A stretch of DNA of 64,000 bases, from the NCBI GenBank assembly GCA_964016885.1, contig OZ024751.1:31558001-31622000 (forward strand), given 5' to 3'. The first letter of the stretch is position 1; every line of letters starts with the position of its first letter. The DNA is from Eledone cirrhosa. Taxonomy: Eukaryota. The position numbers and the translations under genes were made by a program. A model generated the notes under the pieces. The model did not search any database. It was not told where the DNA came from and worked only from the letters and a program-made list of their open reading frames with translations. Below, piece by piece: positions 52,448-64,000 of the stretch.

Positions 52448-52651
52448 CAATCTTAGATGCTCGAAGTGGTAGATTTTTGGTAACCCGAGGGTCAAGGAGC
52501 AGGTATGTGAAGTAATATTTGAAGTTTCCACCTTTGCGTTTCTGAATATATTTAGGGCTTTCAAACTTCTCAACCATCTTCTGTTCCATTTCAGCTGTTT
52601 TTGTCCAATCAATTGGCTCTCTTAGAGCTCGACGTAATGTGATTGGATAAT
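52448..52651 (-). CDS. ANKLE1: ANKLE1 exon (start of GIY-YIG domain)
   Basis: Reads YPITLRRALREPIDWTKTAEMEQKMVEKFESPKYIQKRKGGNFKYYFTYLLLDPRVTKNLPLRASKI; FTYLLLDPR is diagnostic; phase 1-1. Confidence 0.93.
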
Positions 52652-53659
52652 CTACAAATAACCAAGGATTTTATGGAATTAAAACAACTGAATTATGTGT
52701 ATGACTCCTTTAAGATTTTTTTCAGAAAACTGCCATAGTTTGCATGGCTACAACTTAAAATGAAAGGTGAAATCATAGAAGACAGATTCTATGTATTTCA
52801 TGGTATAGAATCAAAGTGTTTACTAACTAAAGCAGTTAATTGTGTGTGAGCTCTCTAATATGGTAAAATACACCCAATTCACTGTGAGGTGGTAAGGCTG
52901 GTGACATGTTAAAATACATCTAGCCCACTCTGTAAGGTGGTAGTGTTAGTGCCATGACAAAAAGCACCTAGTCAACCCTATAAGGTGGTAGTGCTGGTGC
53001 CATCAAAAATGTACCTTATCTAGTCTATAAAGTGGTACTATTGGTGCCACGACAAAAAGCACCCAGTCCACCCTGTAAAGTATAGTTTTGATGCCATGAA
53101 AAATGCTCAAAGTACACACTGTAAAGTGGTAGGTAAAATGAAGAGCATCCGATCAGAAACCATGCACCTAGTCCACAGCTAAGTGGTTAGTGATATAAAG
53201 GGCATCTAGCTATAGAAACCATGCTCTCAGTACACTCTCTAAAGTGGTTGGTATTAGGAAGGGCATCTAGCCATATAAACCATGCTCTCAGTCAACACTG
53301 TGAAGTGGTTGGTATTAGGAAGGGCATCTAGCCATATAAACCATGCTCTCAGTCAACACTGTGAAGTGGTTGGTGTTAGGAACCAAACTATGCTAAAAAC
53401 CAGAATGCATGAGAAAGACGAAGTCACCTGACTTGTCTTGCCTCTGAATGTGACAACCTGTCAAACCCAAGCCAGATGTTATGTGGCAGTGATGATGATG
53501 GTTGTGGTGGAGGTGGTAAAAAGAACTGAATTCTATTCTGGATTTCTTTAAAGGTTTCTTGCTTTTCTCTAAGAAAACCACTATAGTTTGTAAGGCTACA
53601 ATTTCAACAAGTAATCCTTGTAAGATCAAAGTTTTCACAACCATATAAAGAGCCAGAAC

Positions 53660-54165
53660 AAATACTGCAATGGCATTTATCCAACGCTCTACCAACTCTG
53701 CCAATCCACCACTCTAATGAAAGTAATGATACAATTATTTCTACTATATGCACAAGGCCAGCAATTTTGTGGGAGGGAAAAATTGATTAAATCAACCTCA
53801 ATGCATGATTGTTACTTTATTTTATCAACCCTGTAAGGATGAAAGGCAAAGCTAACCTCAGCAGTATTTGAACTGGGGACGTAAAGGGATGGAACTCTAT
53901 GCTATAACGCATGTCGTCCGACGCTCTACCAATACTGCCAATCCACTGCCCTATGATTTCTACTATAGGCACAAGGTCAGCAATTCAAGGGGAGGGGAAA
54001 GTCAATTAAATCGACCCCAGTGCGTGACTGGTACCTTATTTTATTGATCCTATAAGGATGAAAGGCAAAGATAACTTCAGCCAAATTTGAACTCAGAACG
54101 TAAAGGGCCATAACTAAATACTGCAAAGCATTTTGTCTGATGCTCTACCAATTCCGCCAACCCAT
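53660..54165 (-). mobile_element. Tandem SINE family B-related copies
   Basis: Repeated GGATGAAAGGCAAAG..TTTGAACT..CTCTACCAATACTGCCAATCCAC. Confidence 0.75.
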
Positions 54166-54439
54166 TTCTTTGAAAATGAAATTTTAAAAAAATCTTTACA
54201 TAAATCAACACCTATTTTTCTTTTCGTGGAATCTCTAATATAGTAAAATTTAGCTAGAGTACACTACTTTTTCAAAACATGTAATTGAAAGTTTTGTCTA
54301 GTATTGTTAATTACTTTAAATGTTAAAATATGAAATGTTTTTTTTAAATGAAAGAAATTAAGTTAAAATTTATCTGTACTACAATTGATAATTAATTCTG
54401 TGATACAATTAATAATCTCTCTAATTTTGCGGAATAATT

Positions 54440-55445
54440 AATATAGGAGGGGGAATGTGGTGTAATACAGGAGAGAATATGGTGTAATATAGGAAGGAGT
54501 GTGGTGTAATATAGGAAGGAGTGTGGTGTAATACAGGAGAGAATGTGGTGTATTATAGGAGGGAATGTGGTGTAATACAGGAGAGAATGTGGTGTAATAT
54601 AGGAAGGAGTGTGGTGTAATATACGAGGGGAAGGAATGTAGTGTAATATAGGAGGGATTGTGGTGTAATACAGGAGAAGATGTGGTGTAATACAGGAGAG
54701 AATGTGGTGTAATATAAGGAGGGATTGTGGTGTAATCATCATCATCATTTCATCATTTCATTTTACGTCCGCTTTACCCTGCTTGCAAGGGTGGGACGGG
54801 AACTGATTCTGGCTGGATTTCTACAGCTGGATGCTCTTCCTAACACCAACCTCATTTACAGTGAGTGCTGGGTGCTTTTTTGCCGTGGCACCTCCTCGAC
54901 CACTTTGCAGTGGAATGATAGGGACTCCAGTCCCTATCATCTCATTTATACAGCTGAGTAAACTGGAGCAATGTGAAATAAAGTGTCTTGCTCAAGGAAA
55001 CAACACATCACCAAGTCTGAGAATTGAACTCACAACCTTTCAATTGCAAGACCAATGCCCTAACTACTAAGCCATGTGCCTCCTAATACAGGAGAGAATG
55101 TGGTGTAATATTGGAGAGAATATGGTGTAATACAGGAGTGAATGTGGTATAATATAGGAGGGAGTGTGGTGTAATACAGGAGAGAATGTGGTGTAATATT
55201 GGAGAGAATATGGTGTAATATAGGAGGGAGTGTGGTGTAATACAGGAGAGAATGTGGTGTAATATTGGAGAGAATATGGTGTAATATAGGAGGGAGTGTG
55301 GTGTAATACAGGAGAGAATGTGGTGTAATATTGGAGAGAATATGGTGTAATATAGGAGGGAATGTGGTATAATATAGGAGGAAGTGTGGTGTAATACAGG
55401 AGAGAATGTGGTGTAATGCAGGAGGGAATGTGAATGTGGTGTATT
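54440..55445. repeat. ~21-bp minisatellite interrupted by a SINE
   Basis: Unit TGTGGTGTAATA(C/T)AGGAG(A/G)GAA. Confidence 0.92.
54737..55083 (-). mobile_element. tRNA-derived SINE family A
   Basis: Full-length copy homologous to 2104-2448, with TAAT on both flanks. Confidence 0.88.
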
Positions 55446-55631
55446 ATCAATTACCTAAAGTTTGGGTGGTCTGATCTGATCTGGTTTATAAAATCTAAGA
55501 TATATAAAAGATAAGGATGTTGAGATGAAAATAGCTTGTCTCCATAGTGTGAGAACATCCAGAGAAAAATGACAAAGAATAAGAGAAAGTGTAACAAGCT
55601 AGATGGTTGTATGTCTCTGAAGACATCTTAC

Positions 55632-58600
55632 CTGGGGAAGGTAAACCTTTATCGGGGACAGTTCCATTTACTATAGCCCTCAGCCGGTTGATATACATTT
55701 CACGAGTAGTTGAGGTGATTGGACCGGGGATTGGCAAACCATAATCTAAAAATATTTTCTGTAGATCAGCATCTGTAAAAGAACTGTGTCTTTTCAGGAA
55801 ACTTTGTAGCTTTTTAAGTGTTGCATCTGTAAGGGTGTTACCCTTTTTGACTTTGCTACAAGACTTCCAAAACAATTCACCACTGCAGTCACTACAAGTT
55901 TCTTCAGGAGATTTTGAGAAAGATTTTTCAGCATCCTCAGAGTCATCTGAATGGTTGCTTTTAGGATCCTCAACCGAAATTCGGCGCTCAATAAAATTGA
56001 TGCGTCTTTCAGGGTCTATATGTATGAATTTAATGTCTTTGTCATATGCATCTGGCAGTTTGATACAACTCCTATACGTTTCTCCATATTGTACAGTAGC
56101 CTTCACCATATCTGCTACTGGCAAAATTGGCATGATGAAGTCAACCTCATCAAAACCAACAGCAGCTTCAACTTTTTCTGTTGGAGTCAAAAATGAAGAA
56201 CTACAAATGTTCAAGCTATCAGAATGAGTTGGCCGTTTAGGGCTATTTATAATGGAACCAGGATATTTCTCCGAGTAATCAGACAGCCGTTCTGAAAAAT
56301 TTACAGAGAGAGAGAGTTCATCAGATTTAGAAACTTGTACTGTTTGTAGAGTGGGTTCATAATAAACTGGTGCATCAGTTTGTGTTCCTGAGGTACCAGT
56401 TTTTGAGACAGATCGGCCACGATTTGAAGAAAAAAACTTATGACTTCTATCGACACTGATAAAACTCTTTTCTCCAGGTTTTCTCTGAAGTTTTCCACCG
56501 GGAAGTAATTTTCTTAAATTAGTAATTGTTTTTCGCAATTTTTCAAAACGTTTTGGTGACGTAGAATGCTTAAGCTCGTGAGGGGATTTAGACAAGTGTG
56601 GATTGGATTTTTTAACAGGAGGACTGGGTGGGATTCTTAGAATAGGTGTTTGAGTAGAAATGTTTTTACTAGCTTTTAAATTCATTACTTCAGGGTTATT
56701 ATTTCGTAATTCTTGTTCTCCTACTCCTGCTGAACTAACCGACGGAAGGACATTAATGGCACACATGGCTGTCTTATTTCCTACAAAACCAATCTGGTCA
56801 TTATCATTAGCATTATTATTAAAGTTTACTGAGGACTCGACATTAACTGTATGTCTTTCCTCAACAGACATACACATAGAACTTTCATTGGCCAATCTAT
56901 TTTGAATCATTGGTTCCTTACCTTCTTTTATGGGACTGGAAGCACGATTAAGAGGAGGATCACGAAGGGATGGATACAATGAAGAACGTTGAGGGCTTCG
57001 AGATGATGAAGTAAGAGGATCGCTCTTCTCACCGGGAGTTCCTGCTACGGCATCAATAGAAATATCTGCATTGGTATCAGGTTCACTATCAGCTGTAGCA
57101 AACTCACTAAATACCTCCGACTTTGGTGGTGCTGACGGTTCTATCCTGTTGTTTGCATTAGCAGCAAATCTTTTATGGTTGTTTACATTATCTGAAGAAC
57201 TGCTTTGAGATGTAACAACAGGATGAATGCTGCTGATATTATTGTCAAAATACTCCTCAATCTTGTAGTGTCCTTCAACCCACATAGATGTTCGCTTTTC
57301 AGGAGAGAGAAATTCTTTGTTTGCTAGACATTTTTTAAGCCCATCAGAAGATGTAGACTCCGAAGTGATATCTTCTGAAGCAGTGGATGTAAAAGGAGTA
57401 ATTGTGAGAGGACGACCACTGTTTTTTCCAGGACCCCATGAAAGACTATCATCCGTACTCACAACAACAACAGCATCAGTTTCATCATATGTAGAGATTG
57501 GATTCTGCCAGGTAACAGAACGGTTATGAATGCCATTACTGGTAGAGATATATTGCCATTGAGAATTGATTGCAGATTTATCAAGAGCAGAATGGTATTG
57601 TGAATTTTCAGGGGCATCATCTTCAGTGGATTGTTGTGAATTTTGATTTTTTATACAATGTGAAGAGTTTTGGTCCCCTTCTACTGGTTTTATTCTATCT
57701 TGGACGGATTCATAACGTGTCTGATCAACGCAGTTTTCTGGAGGTGACATACATCGAGTCTTTAATGTAACTGCTTCATGTTGGGATGTAGAATGCAGTT
57801 TATGTCCAGAATTACCACGCTGAAGAATTGACTTTCCTCTCTGATGCATGTGACTCACTTTTGAAATACCAAGGCCATCTTCCTGGGCTGAAAGGAAATG
57901 TGATTGACAACTGACCACACTATTTTGATTTTCAGTTAAGATGGAAAAAGACTTGGAAGGAGGGGTTTCTGTTTCCTCCCTTACAGACATATAATGTGAC
58001 CTGGAAGTAAATGGCCGGGTTTCATCTCTGACTGGTTTGTAGCTAGAATCAACAGGTTCATTTTCTTCAGAAACAGATAAATAGCGAGAATCAGCAGATT
58101 TAACAAGCCGCCCTCGGACAGATATATAGTGAGAATTATCTTCTTCTTCTTCTCCTGCTTCCCCTCGGACAGATATATAGTGAGAATTAACATCATCATC
58201 TTCTTCTTCACCTCCTGCTCGGACAGATGCATAGTGAGAATAATCAAGGCCATCTTCTTCTTGAACTGATTTATAATGAGAGTGAGAATCTACAGGTCCT
58301 TCTTGCTTATGACTTGCTTTACACTTAAGCTTTCTGTTCTCTTTAAATGAAATAAACTGTGACTGAGGAGAAATTTTCTCAACTGTGGGTGGCAAATAAT
58401 TAGATTGAGAAATAATCGGTTCACTAACGATATCACAATCACAATTAACATCCTCTGAAATTTCACATGAATAAAAATGGCGGGAATTTCCGACATCGTC
58501 TTTTGACTGATTCAACTTTTTAAGGAGGGGGTGATTTATTAATTCTAAACCAACATTTCTTTTCAGGTTTTCTTGGTGGGCGCTAGACTTTAAGACACTT

Positions 58601-61600
58601 CCTAAACCAACTGCTTTGTTAGCAGAATAATTTATATTTGGTTTCATTTTCAGAACAGACTCTGGCGGTTGCCACCGATAAAAAGATTTGCTTTGGTTTA
58701 CAGAAGTATTTCGTGTCAATTTATTCTGTAGTTCAGCCATTACATCAGAAAATTGTGCTGAATGAGAACTTTTTACGTTTTCAGTTTCGTTAGAAGTTTT
58801 AGTTATATTTGCCGAATACTTTTGATGTTGTGATGTTGGTTTAGGGAGTAATTTAGGGTCTTTTGGTTGTAAATGTTTACTGTCAGGTTCATCAAAGGAC
58901 TGAAATGGAGGTACATTGGAAATACTTTGAGTACAGACAAGATAAAGCGAATCTTCATCACTTTCTCGAGGCATCAGAGCACTATTATATTGAGTCTCAT
59001 CTGGTTCATAACATTTTAGTTCAGGTGATGCTGAGTCGCGATATATATCGTTTCTAGGAGGAGGTGAACCAAAATTTGATTTTGATTTTACTGGTAAAAG
59101 AGGTTCTTCAAAAGCTGGCCGACACTGTTCACTAGAACTTATATAGCAAGAGTTGTTAGGGGAATTTACATTCTCAAAAAGGCTTGTATAAAGAGAACCT
59201 GGTTGCTGTCTGCTGTGCTGTTCAGTAACTACTATCTGATCTTCAATTTGAGACAACATACTTAAATATATTCCATCTGGAACATCAGAGGCATCATTTA
59301 TTTCTTTCAGATTCATTTCTGACATGGCTTTTGATAATTCCTCTGAATCAAATCTTAAATCTTGAAAACAGCTGGAATCTTGACTATTAGATTGCTCAAA
59401 TTGTTTTTTTAGACAGTTACTGATAGAAACTAAAGCACTTTCAAATTTACTGCCCGATGTAACATCAGCATTCTTTTCCCATGTTCCATCATCACATGAA
59501 TAAAACTGCTCGTTTTCTTCACTGTCTAATGTTCTACATGTAACATATGTGTCTGTAGTTGCTGTACTTACATTTGAAATAGTCCGTCTAACAACAATAT
59601 TTTCTGATAATCTATCAACCATATATAATTTACAATCAGCAGTTTCCGGTTTAAGGGGCGTGTTCTTTACTGTAGGCACTGTTGTTTTAACTGCAGTATC
59701 TTTGTGACATAGTTTCTGTACGACACGCCCCCCAAACCGAAAATTTTTGTTCCCGTTTGATATTTTATTTACACATGCATTTTGTTTTAAAACTTCTTCA
59801 TGAGTAAGAATCTGTGAATCTGGTCTTCTGATCTCTTGTGTTCTTTTAGCCTGAACAATTTGTTGCCTCGGTACTGATGGCTGATATACCTGTTTTACCA
59901 TCGTCTCTTCAATTGCTGCATCATCATAATGAGGTCTTCTGGAATGATTTTGTTGTTGTTGATGTAGAATGAACTGCTTGTCATTTGAATTTCGATTTCC
60001 ACAAAATTCATCACCATTATCTGTTAATGCAGTTAATTTGGGGTATAACTGGGTAGGAGGATGACCCTTTTCTACTACTCTGCTCAGCCCTTGTCTCTGT
60101 TTTATTCTATTACAGGATGTTTTCTCAACATTACCTCCAGGTTTGTCCTGATAAACACAATCTGATGTACCTGTGACTATTCTATTACATCTGTCATCGG
60201 CATTACCTCCAGGTTTGTCCTGATAAACACAACCTGATGTACCTGTGACTATTCTATTACACTTGTCATCAGCATTACCCCCAGGTTTGTCCTGATAAAG
60301 ACAACTTGATGTACCTGCAACTATTCTATCACATCTGTCATCAGTATAGCGTCCCCTAACCCACCCATTCTGATGAGTCTGTCCTGATGAATATGCCATA
60401 CAATGAGCAGCAGGATTATAAACTCTGGGATTATTACTTTTATGCTTGTTATCATCTTCTGCTTTACCAAATTGTCTTTTATGAGAAGAAGCTTCACAAG
60501 GCCCTGATTTAGTTTTGTCATAGTATTCCCTGTTAACATATTGAAACCTTTCATGTTTTGCAGGAAATTCACAACTGTTAGCAGGATTTACCATATAAGT
60601 TTTCTTGTGAGATTTCTTTTTTGGATTTACTTTAATATCAATAACTGAATCATCTTTAGATCTGCTGCTGCTCTTCTCTGTTGATTCACTGGAATCCAAG
60701 TGAATTTCGTATGTTTGATGGCCACGATGTTTTGATTTCTTCACATTCTTTTCATTCAAGTAAATTTTTCCTGCAGGTATATCCATGACTAGTTTTATAT
60801 CAACATCATTACTGGGAACAGCTCGTTTATGGACCGAATGTGTACACTGTGCCCTACCTTCTCTGTGTCGACTATTTAATAAACCATAATTACCTCGAGA
60901 TGGAGGATAACTTTCTCGCATGATCGATGCAATGACAGGTTTGCTTTCGTTTGTAAGACTTTCGTGAAGAATTTGTTCCAGGGATGCCGACAGCTGGTTA
61001 TTTTCTAATTTGTTGAGGCAATTACGAAGCTGTTCAATTTTCTGAGCAATAGGAATTTTCAATGATTGTAATTTTTCCATTTTCTTTTGCAAATCAATCG
61101 ACAAGTCAGAAGGAGGAGCTATAACATTTGGAAATACTGTTTTTTGTGGAGTCTCATTAACAGTAATATATAAATCAGAATCTGTAGTAGCAGTAGTGGT
61201 AGTAGTAGTATTGGTAGAACTAATGAATTCGTCCTCACTGCTAGACAGTTGTTCAAGAGAACTAACATTTGGAGAGTCATCGGAATGGTAACGTCGACTA
61301 GGACGATGCCTGAGTCTACGTGGACTTGAGGCTGCAGGAGTCAGGAATATTTCTGAATTCATTTCCAACCCATTTTGCTTTACACCCACAATATCGTTAA
61401 ATGTCTGTGGTGGATGTGCCACGTGGCCAGTACGTCTGCGAGGAATAGGGACAGGTTGGTTTGAAGATCGATACCGAGATGTACTCTGTATGTATTTCTC
61501 CTCAGAAGATTCTGTTGAAGCTGATTTTCTCAGAACACACTGTTTGCCTTTATTAGAATGAACCAAACCATTGGAAGTGGTTTTCAAGATAGAAAATTTT

Positions 61601-61715
61601 GGCTTAGTCCTTGATTCTTCTGGATCACTATCAGCAGTTAAATATCGGCTCGCATCAAAGTTTTCTGTTGATACTTGGGGAACAAATCTTGAGGATGTCT
61701 GCTGTGATTTCTCAT
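55632..61715 (-). CDS. ANKLE1: ANKLE1 giant internal exon (6084 bp, 2028 codons): low-complexity linker ending in the LEM domain
   Basis: Open frame 55495-61725; acceptor TTTTGTTTTTAG at 61716 and donor G|GTAAGA at 55631; phase 1-1 fits both neighbours; LEM motif FTDADLQKIFLDYGLPIPGPITSTTREMYINRL near the 3' end. Confidence 0.88.
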
Positions 61716-62036
61716 CTAAAAACAAAATAACAAATTGGTTAACATCAAGAAATGTATTTGTTGCATTTTGAAATCAACAAGCAAAGATTAATAAGTGTAT
61801 GTATATATATAGATATGCAAGCTAATATATGTACATTGGCATAAGTATATACACACATATACAGACTAATGCATACACATACATATAGACTAATACATAT
61901 AGGCTAGCATATATGTATACACACACATTACCATCACTAACATCACTGACACAACCATCACTTACACACACATGCTATCATCTTTTGCTCAGTGCTTTGT
62001 AAAATAATTGTTAATTAGTTTCAAAAATAAACTTAC

Positions 62037-62175
62037 TAAGTGAACAACAATGTTTTAGTTGTCTTCTGAGATGAGAATCAAATTTGGATGCCATCTTTTG
62101 GGAATGTCTTCGTAAGATTCTCACACAATCTTCATGGGCATATTTCTCTGCCATATCTAACGCTGTGTTACCATC
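62037..62175 (-). CDS. ANKLE1: ANKLE1 exon (last ankyrin repeat); upstream exons probably beyond the window
   Basis: Reads DGNTALDMAEKYAHEDCVRILRRHSQKMASKFDSHLRRQLKHCCSL, fitting the ankyrin consensus G.T.L..A....H..CV..L; acceptor ATGCCAG, donor GTAAGT, phase 0-1. Confidence 0.88.
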
Positions 62176-62792
62176 CTGGCATAAATAGAAAAATAAGACA
62201 TAAAATTCTTCGTATTGAACTGAACTCTGTCGTTCACATTATATTCATTGATCATGCTCAATGGATTATAATTGATAATTAAATTTTACAATTCTTCTAA
62301 AACAGAAGAAAAAACCTATGACAAACCATTAACGAGTTTTTGACGACAGGAAGAGTACTCTGCTTAACAAAGGGTTGAGAGGACCCTTTAGATGTTGTGT
62401 CAAAGACACAATTTCTGGCAATCTACACAATAAAAGCATCCAGTACACGCTGTAAAGTGGTTGACAACAGGAAGGGCATCCATCCATAGAAAGCTTGCCA
62501 AACAAAGGGTTAGGCGGACCCTTCAGTTTGTGTCAAAAGGCATGACAACATGTAAGCAGGATGCAGACCTCTCGGACTGTCTGGGAGATCAGTAGCCCTG
62601 CTTCAGTACTGACCTCAAATAGATGAAAACCAAAGAGCCAGAACATATACTGCTAAACATATTTCTAACAAATCTGTCAATCCACCAAATGTAGTAATAA
62701 TTAAAGACTAATAAAATAGCTGGACCAATTTCCTTTATACTAGTTATCATACAGATTTAATGTTATGTAATTCATTGACAATATTGAATTTA

Positions 62793-63015
62793 TATGGGAA
62801 AAAATAGTTGACTGATATTAAATATATATGGGAGAAAATAGTTGAATGATATTAAATATATATGGGAGAAAATAGTTGAATGATATTAAATATATATGGG
62901 AGAAAATAGTTGAATGATATTAAATATATATGGGAGAAAATAGTTGAATGATATTAAATATATATGGGAGAAAATAGTTGAATGATATTAAATATATATG
63001 AGAGAAAATAGTTGA
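62793..63015. repeat. 34-bp minisatellite, ~6 copies
   Basis: Unit AATATATATGGGAGAAAATAGTTGAATGATATTA. Confidence 0.92.
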
Positions 63016-63529
63016 AGAAGACAAGAAAAGAGAAAGAAAGAAAATAAAATGTGGCGAAACAATAATAAAAGCAGTAATGGTTAGGTTATAAATCTCCAAT
63101 GTGAGATTATGTTGTTGAGTGCGGAGAGGATGAGGAAGGCTGAAACAGGTTGAGAGAGGTAGAGAGGAATGAGAGGGGGTTGAGGGAAGTTGATGTTACA
63201 CTGGATAACAACTGTGTCAATGGAATGATAAAAGCAGTAAAGGTTATAATAAAAATATTAATAAAACCACCACACACTTACATCACTTATAAACACACAC
63301 TACCATCACCTAAACACACACTACCACAACTTACACACACACACACTACCAACACTTACACACACACTACCATCACTTACACATACAGTACCATCATTTA
63401 CACATATAGTATCATTATTTACAATCACACAGACGCACCACCACTACTTACATCATAATCGTGTATACATACATTACCATCACACACACACGGGATGAAA
63501 AGATGAATCAATGTATAATAATAATAATA

Positions 63530-63718
63530 ATATTTGTTTCTACTTTAGGCACAAGGCCAGCAATTACCAGTGCATTACTGGTACTTTATTTTATCGACCC
63601 CGTAAGGATGAAAGGCAAAGTCAACCTCGGCGGGATTTGAACTCAGATGGTAAAGGGACGTAACTATGCTGGAAAGCATGGCGTCCGACCCTCTACCGAT
63701 ACTGCCAATCCACCGCCC
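63530..63718 (-). mobile_element. SINE family B, well preserved
   Basis: Minus strand GGCGGTGGATTGGCAG..GAGTTCAAATCCCGCCGAGG..GGCCTTGTGCC, then (ATT)n tail. Confidence 0.82.
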
Positions 63719-64000
63719 TATAATAATATTAGAATAATAAAATAGTTTAACCATTATGGGAGAAGAATGTAATGCTAGCAATAGAAAAAGAACAAGGGGA
63801 ATAACTACGGTAAACTTAGCAATCTTAGTATGAACTGAGTTGTCTTTCTTGAGTGCCCGTACTTATGACGCTACAACTTGAGAGCTACTGTGAAATACGT
63901 TTATATATATATATATACGCAAATTCATGAAGCGTTCCATATTTTTTTACCCACTTCACATTGTAAACAGGACAAAAAAGCACTCTATCCACACTGTAAA

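Noticed and set aside
52385-52612. 75-aa ORF from the track
   Set aside because: Wrong frame; the alternative frame gives the conserved FTYLLLDPR motif.
55495-61725. Stand-alone 2076-aa single-exon gene
   Set aside because: The start is not an ATG, and strong splice sites at 61716 and 55631 join it in phase to ankyrin and GIY-YIG exons.

Overview
AT-rich, repeat-dense eukaryotic genomic DNA. The SINE and LINE families and microsatellite style suggest a coleoid cephalopod, probably an octopod (inference). I assembled three spliced genes by hand. (1) The first coding exon of a MAP2K5/MEK5 orthologue (PB1 domain start, minus strand, 27-125). (2) A five-exon, ~167-aa plus-strand gene (20669-34796) that the ORF track does not assemble. 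It encodes an N-terminal hydrophobic anchor, a KR site and a 9-cysteine Spaetzle/neurotrophin-like cystine-knot domain, and its last intron holds a 7.4-kb 58-bp satellite and a Penelope-like element. (3) The 3' part of an ANKLE1/LEM-3 gene (ankyrin...LEM...GIY-YIG, minus strand, 46868-62175) with a single 6084-bp coding exon between the ankyrin and LEM domains. The rest is decayed RTE, CR1/L2 and R4-like LINEs, two SINE families, a DD37D mariner, non-autonomous Helitrons, a Gypsy-type integrase remnant, minisatellites and a local segmental duplication. Several long inverted repeats carry Penelope-type minimal hammerhead ribozyme motifs. All calls are from reading the sequence; no searches were run.
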